NCBI GenBank assembly: GCA_964368835.1
Contig: CAYJCZ010000002.1
Location: forward strand, 83,893-147,892
Reading direction: 5' to 3'
DNA from: an uncultured Candidatus Saccharibacteria bacterium
Lineage (GTDB): Bacteria > Patescibacteriota > Minisyncoccia > Phycocordibacterales > UBA6065
DNA: 64,000 nt
Part shown: positions 41,339-50,300 of the stretch, one piece after another
Numbering within the stretch: position 1 is the first letter of the stretch
How the letters are laid out: each line of letters starts with the position of its first letter
Notes under the pieces: model-generated
The model's input: only the letters and a program-made list of their open reading frames with translations
Told to the model about the DNA's origin: nothing
Database searches by the model: none
Made by a program: the position numbers and the translations under genes

Positions 41339-42605
41339 ATTTCTTTTTCCCAGAGTCAGTACCTGCAACCCAGCCCGTAGTCCAGCAGAGCTGAAGACTA
41401 TATCCACCAGACGGCCGATCAATATCAAGCACATCGCCAATCAAATAGAGATTTGGAAACAAACGTGACTGCATAGTCTTGAAATCAACTTCTTCAAGCT
41501 TTACACCACCTGATGCAACAATTGCTTTTTCCTTGCCCAAGAATCCAACTGGAGTCATTCTCATGTCTTTCAAAAGCTTTACTAGGGTAAGTCGTTCTTC
41601 TCGAGAAACTATATTGACCTCTTTTTCTGGATCGAGTTTTGTGAGATCAAAAATGGTTGAACAGAGCGCCGGTGTCACGAGATCTTTGAGCGCATTCTTA
41701 AGTTTCTTATTCTGATTTACTTTAAATACCTCTTGAACCTTTAGATCAAGTTTTGCATTATCAAAATCCGGCATGATATCGAGAGAAAGTTCGATTTTGT
41801 CTCCCGGCTGTGCGTATTCGATTGCTTCGCGTATTTCTTTTGAAAAGTTTAGAACGAGTGGGCCGCTGATGCCGAAGTGTGCAAACACCATTCGACCAAC
41901 GCGTGAAAGTGTTCGCTTGTCGTTCTCAAGAATTGTGATTTTTGCGTTCTGATGAGAAACACCTGAAAGGTCTCGTACCCACTTTTCTTTTATTTTTACG
42001 GGAACAAGTGCTGCATCTGGTGCAACAACGGTATGGCCGATTTTTGAAAGCCAGCTGAATCCTTCACCAGTAGAACCGGTTTCCGGATGAGATGTACCTC
42101 CGGTCGCGAGGATGTATGACTTTGCAACAATTGTTTCCTTTTCAGTGTTGAGGCCTACAATGACGCCGTCTCGAGCGTGGAAACCTTTTGCGGGGAAACC
42201 TGTAATTACTTCCACTTTGTTATCTTTCATGTACTTTACGAGCACATCATAAACCGAACGTGCTGTGTTTGAAGCGGGGAATACACGCCCTTCGTTTTCT
42301 ACTTTAGTATCCATTCCTCGAGAATTGAAGAAATCCAAAGATTCTTTGACTGCGTGTTGAGCAAATGTAGAAAAAAGAAATTTACCCTTACTGAGTTTTG
42401 AGAGAAATTGTCGTACGTCAGGCGTATCATTTGTCACATTGCATCGTCCTCCACCGGTGATAAGAAGTTTTTTACCCAACCCTTCATTCTTTTCTAGGAG
42501 TATGACAGAAGCGCCAAGCTCTGCGGCTCTTCCTGCGGCCATCATACCTGCTGGCCCGCCGCCAATAACGGCTACATCATAGGTTTCCTTCCTTGGGTGT
42601 CTCAT
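41337..42605 (-). CDS. NAD(P)/FAD-dependent oxidoreductase, HI0933/BaiN-like flavoprotein
   Basis: YDVAVIGGGPAGMMAAGRAAELGASVILLEKN Rossmann motif, GGGRCNVTN, and the C-terminal HI0933-family region. Confidence 0.85.
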   Translation of the reverse strand: MRHPRKETYDVAVIGGGPAGMMAAGRAAELGASVILLEKNEGLGKKLLITGGGRCNVTNDTPDVRQFLSKLSKGKFLFSTFAQHAVKESLDFFNSRGMDTKVENEGRVFPASNTARSVYDVLVKYMKDNKVEVITGFPAKGFHARDGVIVGLNTEKETIVAKSYILATGGTSHPETGSTGEGFSWLSKIGHTVVAPDAALVPVKIKEKWVRDLSGVSHQNAKITILENDKRTLSRVGRMVFAHFGISGPLVLNFSKEIREAIEYAQPGDKIELSLDIMPDFDNAKLDLKVQEVFKVNQNKKLKNALKDLVTPALCSTIFDLTKLDPEKEVNIVSREERLTLVKLLKDMRMTPVGFLGKEKAIVASGGVKLEEVDFKTMQSRLFPNLYLIGDVLDIDRPSGGYSLQLCWTTGWVAGTDSGKKK

Positions 42606-42685
42606 GTGTGATTCAGGCTATCACGATGGGTCACATAAACAAAATCAAAGTTTATTTCGTACTATACTGTGACTACCTAACCATT

Positions 42686-43297
42686 ATGGACAAACAGAAA
42701 ATTACCCTCGTCATTATTCTCGCTATCTTCGTTACGAGTATCATGTGGATTGCCTTTAGTGACCAGCCAGACAAAGATGCGGCAAGTATTCCTGATGTTG
42801 TAGAAGTTCGGGATGGTATTAGCTATACAAATACTGACCTGGGATTCGAAATTGAACTGCCTCAGGGCTTTACCTACAATGAAGCATACATAAACCAGAC
42901 TCTTGGTCCGGGCCGAGAGATACATGGTGTTGAGTTCCGTATTCCAGCATCGCTCTCGACTGGCACAAATCTTTCTTCAGATTCACATATGGCAGTAGAA
43001 AGACTTTCAAATTCAACATGTAAACCAGAGACTTTTTTACTTGATCCACGTAATACTGAAACAATAAAATTGGGTGAGAATACGTTTGTATTCGCACAAT
43101 CATCGGATGCAGGCGCAAGTAATTACTACGAAGACATGGTGTACATCACCTCAAAAGGTGAATATTGTTATGCGCTTAGATATTTTATACACTCAACAAG
43201 TATAGGTGTGTATGATCCGGGTACTGTGCTTGAGTTTGATAGGACAGGACTTATCGCCACCTTTAATAAGATCGCCACAACCTTTAAGATACGATAA
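42686..43297 (+). CDS. hypothetical membrane-anchored extracytoplasmic protein
   Basis: N-terminal TM helix ITLVIILAIFVTSIMWIAF; the ORF upstream of 42686 is probably extension. Confidence 0.5.
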   Translation: MDKQKITLVIILAIFVTSIMWIAFSDQPDKDAASIPDVVEVRDGISYTNTDLGFEIELPQGFTYNEAYINQTLGPGREIHGVEFRIPASLSTGTNLSSDSHMAVERLSNSTCKPETFLLDPRNTETIKLGENTFVFAQSSDAGASNYYEDMVYITSKGEYCYALRYFIHSTSIGVYDPGTVLEFDRTGLIATFNKIATTFKIR

Positions 43298-43311
43298 TTC
43301 TTTACGTACCC

Positions 43312-43881
43312 ATGAAAAAAGTAGCTTCAGTTTTATTTGCTCTGTTGGTCGTAAGTGCAATTATATATTTTGCATTAGATAGAAAGGTGCTTGTGCCGAG
43401 TGGCGGAGATGTAGATGTGCAGCAATACACATCATCAGATTACGGTGTTTCGTTTAACTACCCATCTAATTATTTTCTTGAAGAAAAAAACGTCGAAAGC
43501 ACAAGCGGTAATCACCAGATCGTTGTGCTTACTGAGGATACAGAAGAGAACAAAGACATACGTGAAGGCAATAGTCCGGGTAGAGAAGGTCCTACATCAA
43601 TCATGCTCAGTGTCTATACAAACCCTGACAGTAAGCCGTTAGACGCCTTTATTAAGGATTCAGCAGATCTGAGTTATCAATTTGCCGATAGAAAAGTATC
43701 TACTACAAGCATTTCTGCACTCGAAACATACGAATCAACATGGTCAGGATTGTATGAAGGTAAGTCGTACTTAGTGTCTCGTGGCCAATTTGTATATACA
43801 GTCTCTGTAACATGGCTTGATCCAAGCGATAAGATTCTTACAGATTTTGCAGACATGGTTCGTACGCTAGTAATACAATAA
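43312..43881 (+). CDS. hypothetical membrane-anchored extracytoplasmic protein (same architecture as the upstream gene)
   Basis: N-terminal TM helix VASVLFALLVVSAIIYFAL; FNYPSNYF-type motif comparable to the upstream GFTYNEAY motif. Confidence 0.5.
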   Translation: MKKVASVLFALLVVSAIIYFALDRKVLVPSGGDVDVQQYTSSDYGVSFNYPSNYFLEEKNVESTSGNHQIVVLTEDTEENKDIREGNSPGREGPTSIMLSVYTNPDSKPLDAFIKDSADLSYQFADRKVSTTSISALETYESTWSGLYEGKSYLVSRGQFVYTVSVTWLDPSDKILTDFADMVRTLVIQ

Positions 43882-43932
43882 TATTTAAGCAAAAGTAGAG
43901 CTCATCGGATCTCATTTGATATACTTGATTAT

Positions 43933-45309
43933 ATGGAGAGAAACAGATCACCCTGGATACATCAACTTAATCAAGAAAGAAAGATACAAACTTTGCAGGA
44001 AGACATTGTAACGGATGTCGTGGTTGTAGGCGCAGGTATTGCTGGTATTTCTACGGCATACTTTATTCTTAAAAATACCAATAAGAATGTTGTAGTAGTT
44101 GAGCGTGGCAAACTCGCTCACGGTGCAACGGGTCATAACGCCGGACAGATCGCGAGCTATTTCGAACGGCCATTTTACGAGCTTGTCGACGAGTTTGGGC
44201 TTGAAGCGGCCGCAGATGCTCAGCGATCAATCGAAAGTGCGTGGGAGCTTTTGGATCTAATGTATACAGAGGCAGGACTTACCGTGCCACTTTCTCGATT
44301 TATTGGGCAGGCTGGTTTCTCTACGTACGATCAGGTCGTCCGACATTTAAAAGATAATGTATGTCGAAAGAAGGCAGGATTGAGGACAGAGGGATTTAAG
44401 ATTGCAGAGACTGCACCCTTCATTGAGACAATACCAGCGGAATATAAGGATTTTTATGAGGTTGTGCCGCACATAGAAGTGCTTGAGGCTCTTCAAACAT
44501 CTAATACCGGGTACTTTGCAGCACTTTCATATCAAAAGGGCTGTTTGAACTCAGCTCTCTTTTCTCAGGAGATTGTTGAATATCTTTCAAAAGCATATAG
44601 CAAGAGATTTTCACTATATGAGCACACGCCAATAAAAAGAGTATCAATGCACGATAAAAAGGCGATACTTGATGCAGATAGGCATACGATTACCGCTTCA
44701 AGAGTAGTTTTGTGCACAAATGGCTTTGAAGGTATGAAAATTATAAATGAAGGAGGGCTTGAGATTGATACCAAATTTCATCACCTCATACGAGGAATGG
44801 TGGGGTATATGTCTGCGTATATTGAGCCTATGAATAAGCCGCCAACTGCGATTAGCTATTTTCAGGCTGCGAATACAAGTGCGAGCGATCCGTTTGCAGA
44901 AGATCCGTATTTTTATTTAACCCGCAGACAATTTGATTCAGAGCAGGCTCCAAATTCGAACCTTATTTCAGTAGGAGGTCCGGAGTTTTCTCTTGAAGAC
45001 AGAACAAAGTATGACGCAGATCTTGATTATCCTGAGGAAGAAAAACAGAGCATCGATGCATTTGTGAAATCAACGTACGATCCCGATCCAAACAAAAAAA
45101 TTGATTACCAATTCACGTGGCACGGACTTATGGGCTATACGCCATCAGGAGTCAGAGTTGTGGGGGAAGAACCTAAAAATAGGATTCTCATGTACAACCT
45201 AGGCTGTAATGGGGTCGGGATTTTGCCTTCTATTTATGGAGCAAAGAGAATTTCTCAGATAATTGCCGGGGAAAAGGTATTAGCATCAATCTTTGATCCT
45301 AAATCTTAA
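43933..45309 (+). CDS. FAD-dependent oxidoreductase (DAO family)
   Basis: VVVVGAGIAGISTAYFIL...VVVVERGKLAHGATGHNAGQI dinucleotide-binding motif. Confidence 0.8.
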   Translation: MERNRSPWIHQLNQERKIQTLQEDIVTDVVVVGAGIAGISTAYFILKNTNKNVVVVERGKLAHGATGHNAGQIASYFERPFYELVDEFGLEAAADAQRSIESAWELLDLMYTEAGLTVPLSRFIGQAGFSTYDQVVRHLKDNVCRKKAGLRTEGFKIAETAPFIETIPAEYKDFYEVVPHIEVLEALQTSNTGYFAALSYQKGCLNSALFSQEIVEYLSKAYSKRFSLYEHTPIKRVSMHDKKAILDADRHTITASRVVLCTNGFEGMKIINEGGLEIDTKFHHLIRGMVGYMSAYIEPMNKPPTAISYFQAANTSASDPFAEDPYFYLTRRQFDSEQAPNSNLISVGGPEFSLEDRTKYDADLDYPEEEKQSIDAFVKSTYDPDPNKKIDYQFTWHGLMGYTPSGVRVVGEEPKNRILMYNLGCNGVGILPSIYGAKRISQIIAGEKVLASIFDPKS

Positions 45310-45311
45310 AT

Positions 45312-45911
45312 ATGATTATAAACGAAGGCTTTAAACCGAAACGAAAGGCCGATACAAGACTTCCTCCGGGACAGTACGAGGAAAAGGGCTTTCCTGTGCT
45401 TTCACTCGGTCCTACGCCCACTGTAGAGCCAGAAAAGTGGAAGATTACGGTAGATGGACTGGTAAAGAATAAGCTTGCTTTCAATTGGCAGGAGTTTAGG
45501 GCATTGCCTAATGAGGTCGTGACAAAGGATATTCATTGCGTCACCAAGTGGTCAAAGTTCGATACCGTTTGGCAGGGAGTGTCGCTTGATCAAATATTAG
45601 CGCTTGCAGAAGTGTCTCCTGACGCCACCCATCTTATTGCACATTCATATGATGGATATACAACGAATCTTCCTCTTGAAGATATTCGAGCAGGCAAGGC
45701 TTGGGTGATGTACATGTTTGACGGCAAACAGTTAGAGGCTGAACATGGTGGTCCGGCACGACTTTTTGTACCGCATCTTTATTTTTGGAAGAGTGCAAAG
45801 TGGGTAAATAGGTTGGAGTTCGTAAAGGGTGACGAGCCTGGTTTTTGGGAGGTGCGCGGATATCACAATTATGGAGATCCTTGGAAGGAACAACGATATA
45901 CAAATGATTAA
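45312..45911 (+). CDS. sulfite-oxidase-family molybdopterin-binding oxidoreductase (MsrP/YedY-like catalytic domain)
   Basis: DIHCVTKWSKFDTVWQGVSL, HSYDGYTTNLPLED and GGPARLFVPHLYFWKSAKW blocks typical of the Oxidored_molyb domain. Confidence 0.75.
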   Translation: MIINEGFKPKRKADTRLPPGQYEEKGFPVLSLGPTPTVEPEKWKITVDGLVKNKLAFNWQEFRALPNEVVTKDIHCVTKWSKFDTVWQGVSLDQILALAEVSPDATHLIAHSYDGYTTNLPLEDIRAGKAWVMYMFDGKQLEAEHGGPARLFVPHLYFWKSAKWVNRLEFVKGDEPGFWEVRGYHNYGDPWKEQRYTND

Positions 45912-46650
45912 TAAAACGAACAGCGCTGGTTCTTGGGTGAAATCTACTCTTGTCGATTCTGAGAAAGCAGCTTCGAATGTCATGAAGCTTCGGTACCATG
46001 TGCCAAACTGGCTGGGACACCTTGCAGGTCAACATGTAGATGTGAGACTTACCTCGTCAGACGGCTATATAGCTGAGCGTAGCTACTCAATTGCAAATCC
46101 GCCCGGATCAGGTGATGTCATTGAGCTTGGCGTGGAGCTCTTGGACGATGGAGAAGTTTCGCCATATTTGTGGACTCAGAAGCCTGGAGATACGATTGAG
46201 ATCCGAGGTCCTATTGGCGGGCACTTTGTTTGGAAAGGTGAATCTTCTGCACCTCTAGTTCTCATTGCTGGTGGTGCTGGTATGGTTCCTCTCATGAGCA
46301 TGCTGAGACATGAGGTGAGAAATGAAAATAAAGAGAGGACAATTGTTTTTATAATAAGCCTGCGAACACTCGATCGGCTTTTGTACGAAAAGGAACTTGA
46401 ATTGATTAAGGCGGAGTATTCGAATGTGAAGATAGCTGTAACGCTTACGGAATCGGTGCCAGATGGTTGGACGGGATATTCAAGAAGGATCGACCATGAA
46501 ATGTTTGAGACTGAGCTGGAAGGTGTGAAAAATCTACATCCTGAGATTTTTGTGTGTGGTCCCACAAAGTTTGTTGAAGCGGCAGCTAAAATTCTTATTG
46601 AGGAATTGTTTGATCGCGATTTGATTAAAACTGAGCGTTTTGGGGGTTAA
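45904..46650 (+). CDS. ferredoxin-NADP reductase-like FAD/NAD(P)-binding oxidoreductase
   Basis: RSYSIAN (RxYS FAD-binding), GPIGG, and the LIAGGAGMVPLMSM NAD-binding motif. ATGA start/stop overlap with the upstream molybdoenzyme gene. Confidence 0.75.
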   Translation: MINKTNSAGSWVKSTLVDSEKAASNVMKLRYHVPNWLGHLAGQHVDVRLTSSDGYIAERSYSIANPPGSGDVIELGVELLDDGEVSPYLWTQKPGDTIEIRGPIGGHFVWKGESSAPLVLIAGGAGMVPLMSMLRHEVRNENKERTIVFIISLRTLDRLLYEKELELIKAEYSNVKIAVTLTESVPDGWTGYSRRIDHEMFETELEGVKNLHPEIFVCGPTKFVEAAAKILIEELFDRDLIKTERFGG

Positions 46651-46684
46651 AGAAGGGAAGTGAGAGGAAGGGATAAAGAAAAAA

Positions 46685-46713
46685 GGCCCCGGTGCGCAGA
46701 GCGCACCGGGGCC
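46685..46713. terminator. bidirectional rho-independent terminator
   Basis: GGCCCCGGTGCGC-aga-GCGCACCGGGGCC hairpin with A-run upstream and T-rich sequence downstream. Confidence 0.85.
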
Positions 46714-46718
46714 TTAAA

Positions 46719-47018
46719 TTAAACTGCGATTCGAACCGCAGGCTTCGAAATCAAATCCTTAATAGGACATCTTCTATCTTTCCTAATGATGAGACGCCGT
46801 GCGATATTTACTCTAAGTGTATTTCCACTAGAGTCTTGAATCGTGCCATGGTCACTACCAATGAGCGCGATAAGCCAAAATTCTTTCTCTTGAAAATTAA
46901 ACACTTTGATACGCTTCTTGAAGGCCTTCTTAAAGCGCTTAGACTTAAATACAACACTATACGCAAAAGGAAAAGTCTGGATCATATAATGTGTTAAACC
47001 TGGGTTTGCAAAGAACAA
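46719..47018 (-). CDS. hypothetical protein
   Basis: 99-aa basic ORF ending precisely at the bidirectional terminator. Confidence 0.45.
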   Translation of the reverse strand: MFFANPGLTHYMIQTFPFAYSVVFKSKRFKKAFKKRIKVFNFQEKEFWLIALIGSDHGTIQDSSGNTLRVNIARRLIIRKDRRCPIKDLISKPAVRIAV

Positions 47019-47388
47019 TCTGGAGGCTCTATTCTTATCTTTTTTACAAATTTGGTCAATTGTGGAAAAGGGGGATTAGGCGGGGGAATTGAGTATTTTT
47101 CTCAAATGATCACTATTGACGTTTATTAAGGTTTGTATTCTAGTAATTTAGCCAATTTTAGAGTGTGGGAGGGGTGTGGATAACTTTTTAAGCACTCTGT
47201 CCTTTAGGCCTTGTCAAACTCCAAAAAACATCGAACTCTCATAAAGGACAAAATTTCACTCGCGTCAGTCGTACGTGTCCTTTATGTGTCCTTTATAGCA
47301 TTTAATAAACCAATCGCAGATAGGTCTCACCTTTTCTTTGACTTCGGAACGTATTTGCATAAGGTTGATATATAACCAGCTGTACGAA

Positions 47389-50300
47389 ATGAACCCTATT
47401 CGACTGAATTTCGGAATCTCAATTAAGAAAGCCTTTGCCGGGGCTCTCCTTTTGGCGTACGTACTGCAACCTTTTTCTGTATTCGCTGACGAAGGTGGTT
47501 TTAACTTCGCACCAAGCAATCCCTCAGTATCTGGACCATCGACAGGCCAGCCTAATACGGCTTATACGTTCACTGCTTCAGCAAACGATCCTGAGGGCGA
47601 TCAGGTCTCATACGGCTTCGATTGGGACAATGACGGAACTGTGGATAACTATTCAGGCTATGTTGATTCAGGCAGCTCAGCTTCGGCGTCATATACATGG
47701 TCAGGACCAGGCACTTACACTATTTCAGTAGTCGCTCGCGATGTTTGGGGACAATACTCTGGCTTCTCATCATTGATGATTTCTGTTGCTTCTTCAAATC
47801 CTAATCCAAATCCGAACCCTAATCCAACTCCTAATACTGCCCCTTCAAATCCATCTCTCACTGCCCCATCAACAGTACAAACAAATACACCTGCAACTTT
47901 TACCGCAACGGCATCTGACGCGCAGGGTGACAGCATTGTGTACGGTTTTGATTGGAACAATGATGGTACAAGTGATCAATTCACAGGCGCTGTATCTTCT
48001 GGTTCATCGGCAAGCGCTTCACATGAGTGGTCTTCTGCGGGGACATATACAGTTTCTGTTGTTGCTCGAGATATGTCAGGTGCTACTTCTGGATCATCAC
48101 AATTTACAATTACAGTAACTACACCATCGAATCCTCCTGTAAATCCTCCTGCACCTGTTAATGTTGCTCCGGGTGCTCCACTACTTTCTTTCAATGGCAC
48201 AGCTGTTAATTCTGATATTACTTTTACCGCAACAGCAAGCGACACCAACGGAGATCAAATTAATTATGGTTTCGACTGGAATGATGACGGTGTTATTGAT
48301 GGTTACACAGGTTATGTTGCTTCGGGTGTTTCAGCGCAGCTTTCGCACTCATGGAGCGAGGTTGGTACATATACAGTAAAAGCGTACGCTCGCGATATTT
48401 GGGGCAATTTTTCAAGCGCATCTCAGATACAGGTCAATGTTACAAGCACTGGTCCAGTTGTAGTAAATACAGCACCGAATACCCCATTTGTTGGTGGTTC
48501 ACAGAATACAACGGTAAATGTTTCAGAAGGTTTTACGGTAACAGCTTCAGATCCTCAGGGCGATAGCGTCACCTATGGTTTTGACTGGGATAACAATGGT
48601 GTTGTTGATGAGTACACTGATTTTATGCCATCAGGCACCTCAGCAAGTGTGAGCCATTCATGGGCATCTGCTGGCAACTATACATTTAAGGTATACGCTA
48701 AAGACACATGGAGCGCAGTTTCTAATGCCACTTCATTTACAATATCGGTCACAGGCACAACAAATCCCCCTGTACAGCAAAATCGTGCTCCAAACGCTCC
48801 GACGGTTACCTCGAATGGAACTGCTATAAATTCAAATATTACCTTTACTGCTTCTGCAACTGATCCAGATGGAGATCAGCTTAATTACGGTTTTGATTGG
48901 GACGATGATGGCGTTATTGATGACTATACTGGCTTTGTACCATCAGGTGTATCTGCCCAGCTTTCACATTCATGGCCATCAGCCGGAACTTACATTGTTG
49001 CTGGGCACGCTCGAGATATCTGGGGTAATTTTTCAGAAGGAACCTCACTTGTTATAACGGTTACGTCATCTGGTCCAGTGACTGTAAACACCGCACCGAA
49101 TCTACCTGTTGTTGGCGGAAACACTGCTGGTGTGGTTGGTGTTTCAGAAAGCTTTACTGTAACAGCTTCAGATCCACAGGGTGATGATCTTGTGTACGGT
49201 TTTGACTGGGATAACAATGGTGTTGTTGATGAGTACACAGCAACGGTACATTCGGGCATATCTCAGGCTCTCTCTCATACATGGAATGAACCAGGCACGT
49301 ATTCATTTAAGGTGTATGCACGAGATGTGTGGAGCGCAGTATCAACTCCAGCAGTCTTTACAATCACCATCTCGTCTCCTGTTGTTAATCTTCCTCCAAC
49401 CAATCCTTCGGTTATGGTTGCTGGTTCTACTATAAACAGCCCAATCACATTTACAGCACTTTCTACTGATCCTGAAGGTGATCAAATTTCATACGGCTTT
49501 GATTGGGATAACGATGGTGTTATTGATGAATATTCTGGCCTTACAAGCTCTGGTGTTTCTGCTGCCGCATCTCATGTGTGGACTACCAGCGGAACCTATA
49601 CTGTAAAGGTGTATGCAAAAGATGCCTTCGGTCATTTTTCTGGAGCAACAACGGTTGAAGTAACAGTAAACGGAGTTGTGGTGATCGTAAATACAGCCCC
49701 AAGTGCACCTACAGTAGCTGGACCTACAACTGGTTATGTAAACGAGACATACACGTTCGTGTTTACAGCGACTGATCCACAAAATGATGAAGTAAAGTAC
49801 AGTGTTGATTGGAACAATGACGGCACGGTAGATGAATATTCTGCTTTTGTACCATCTGGCACTTCAGCTTCACTTTCTCATAGTTTTAGTGCAGAAGGAG
49901 TATATACATTCAAGGCGTTTGCTCAGGATAATCGCGATGCGGTTTCAAATCCAAGCACGTTCACTATTTCAATCTCAAATCGAACAACAGTCGTGAATCA
50001 GGCACCGCTCGTTGAGCTTTTGGATAGCCCAGCTCAAGGAATAGTTAATACTTCTTATTCATTCACCGCTCGTGCTACCGACCCTGAAAATAACCCAGTA
50101 TCCTATGCGTTTGATTGGGATAATGATGGATCTATAGGAACTGTTTCTGGCGAAGAATGGTCATCTGAGGTCACATCAGGAACTTCAATCACTCGATCTA
50201 ATTCGTGGTCAACATCTGGAACCAAAACATATCGTGTTTTTGCTCGTGATTCACTCGGCGCACAGTCTTCAGCTTCTGCTCAGATTGCCATAACCGGAGG

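Noticed and set aside
45829-45903. Longer 5' extension of the FNR-like gene (ORF track start 45829)
   Set aside because: The extension overlaps the C-terminal 28 codons of the molybdoenzyme gene. The internal ATG at 45904 gives the common ATGA coupled arrangement and a conserved FNR N-terminus.
47265-47519. 84-aa minus-strand ORF
   Set aside because: It overlaps the promoter region and signal-peptide codons of the PKD giant gene; no supporting signals.
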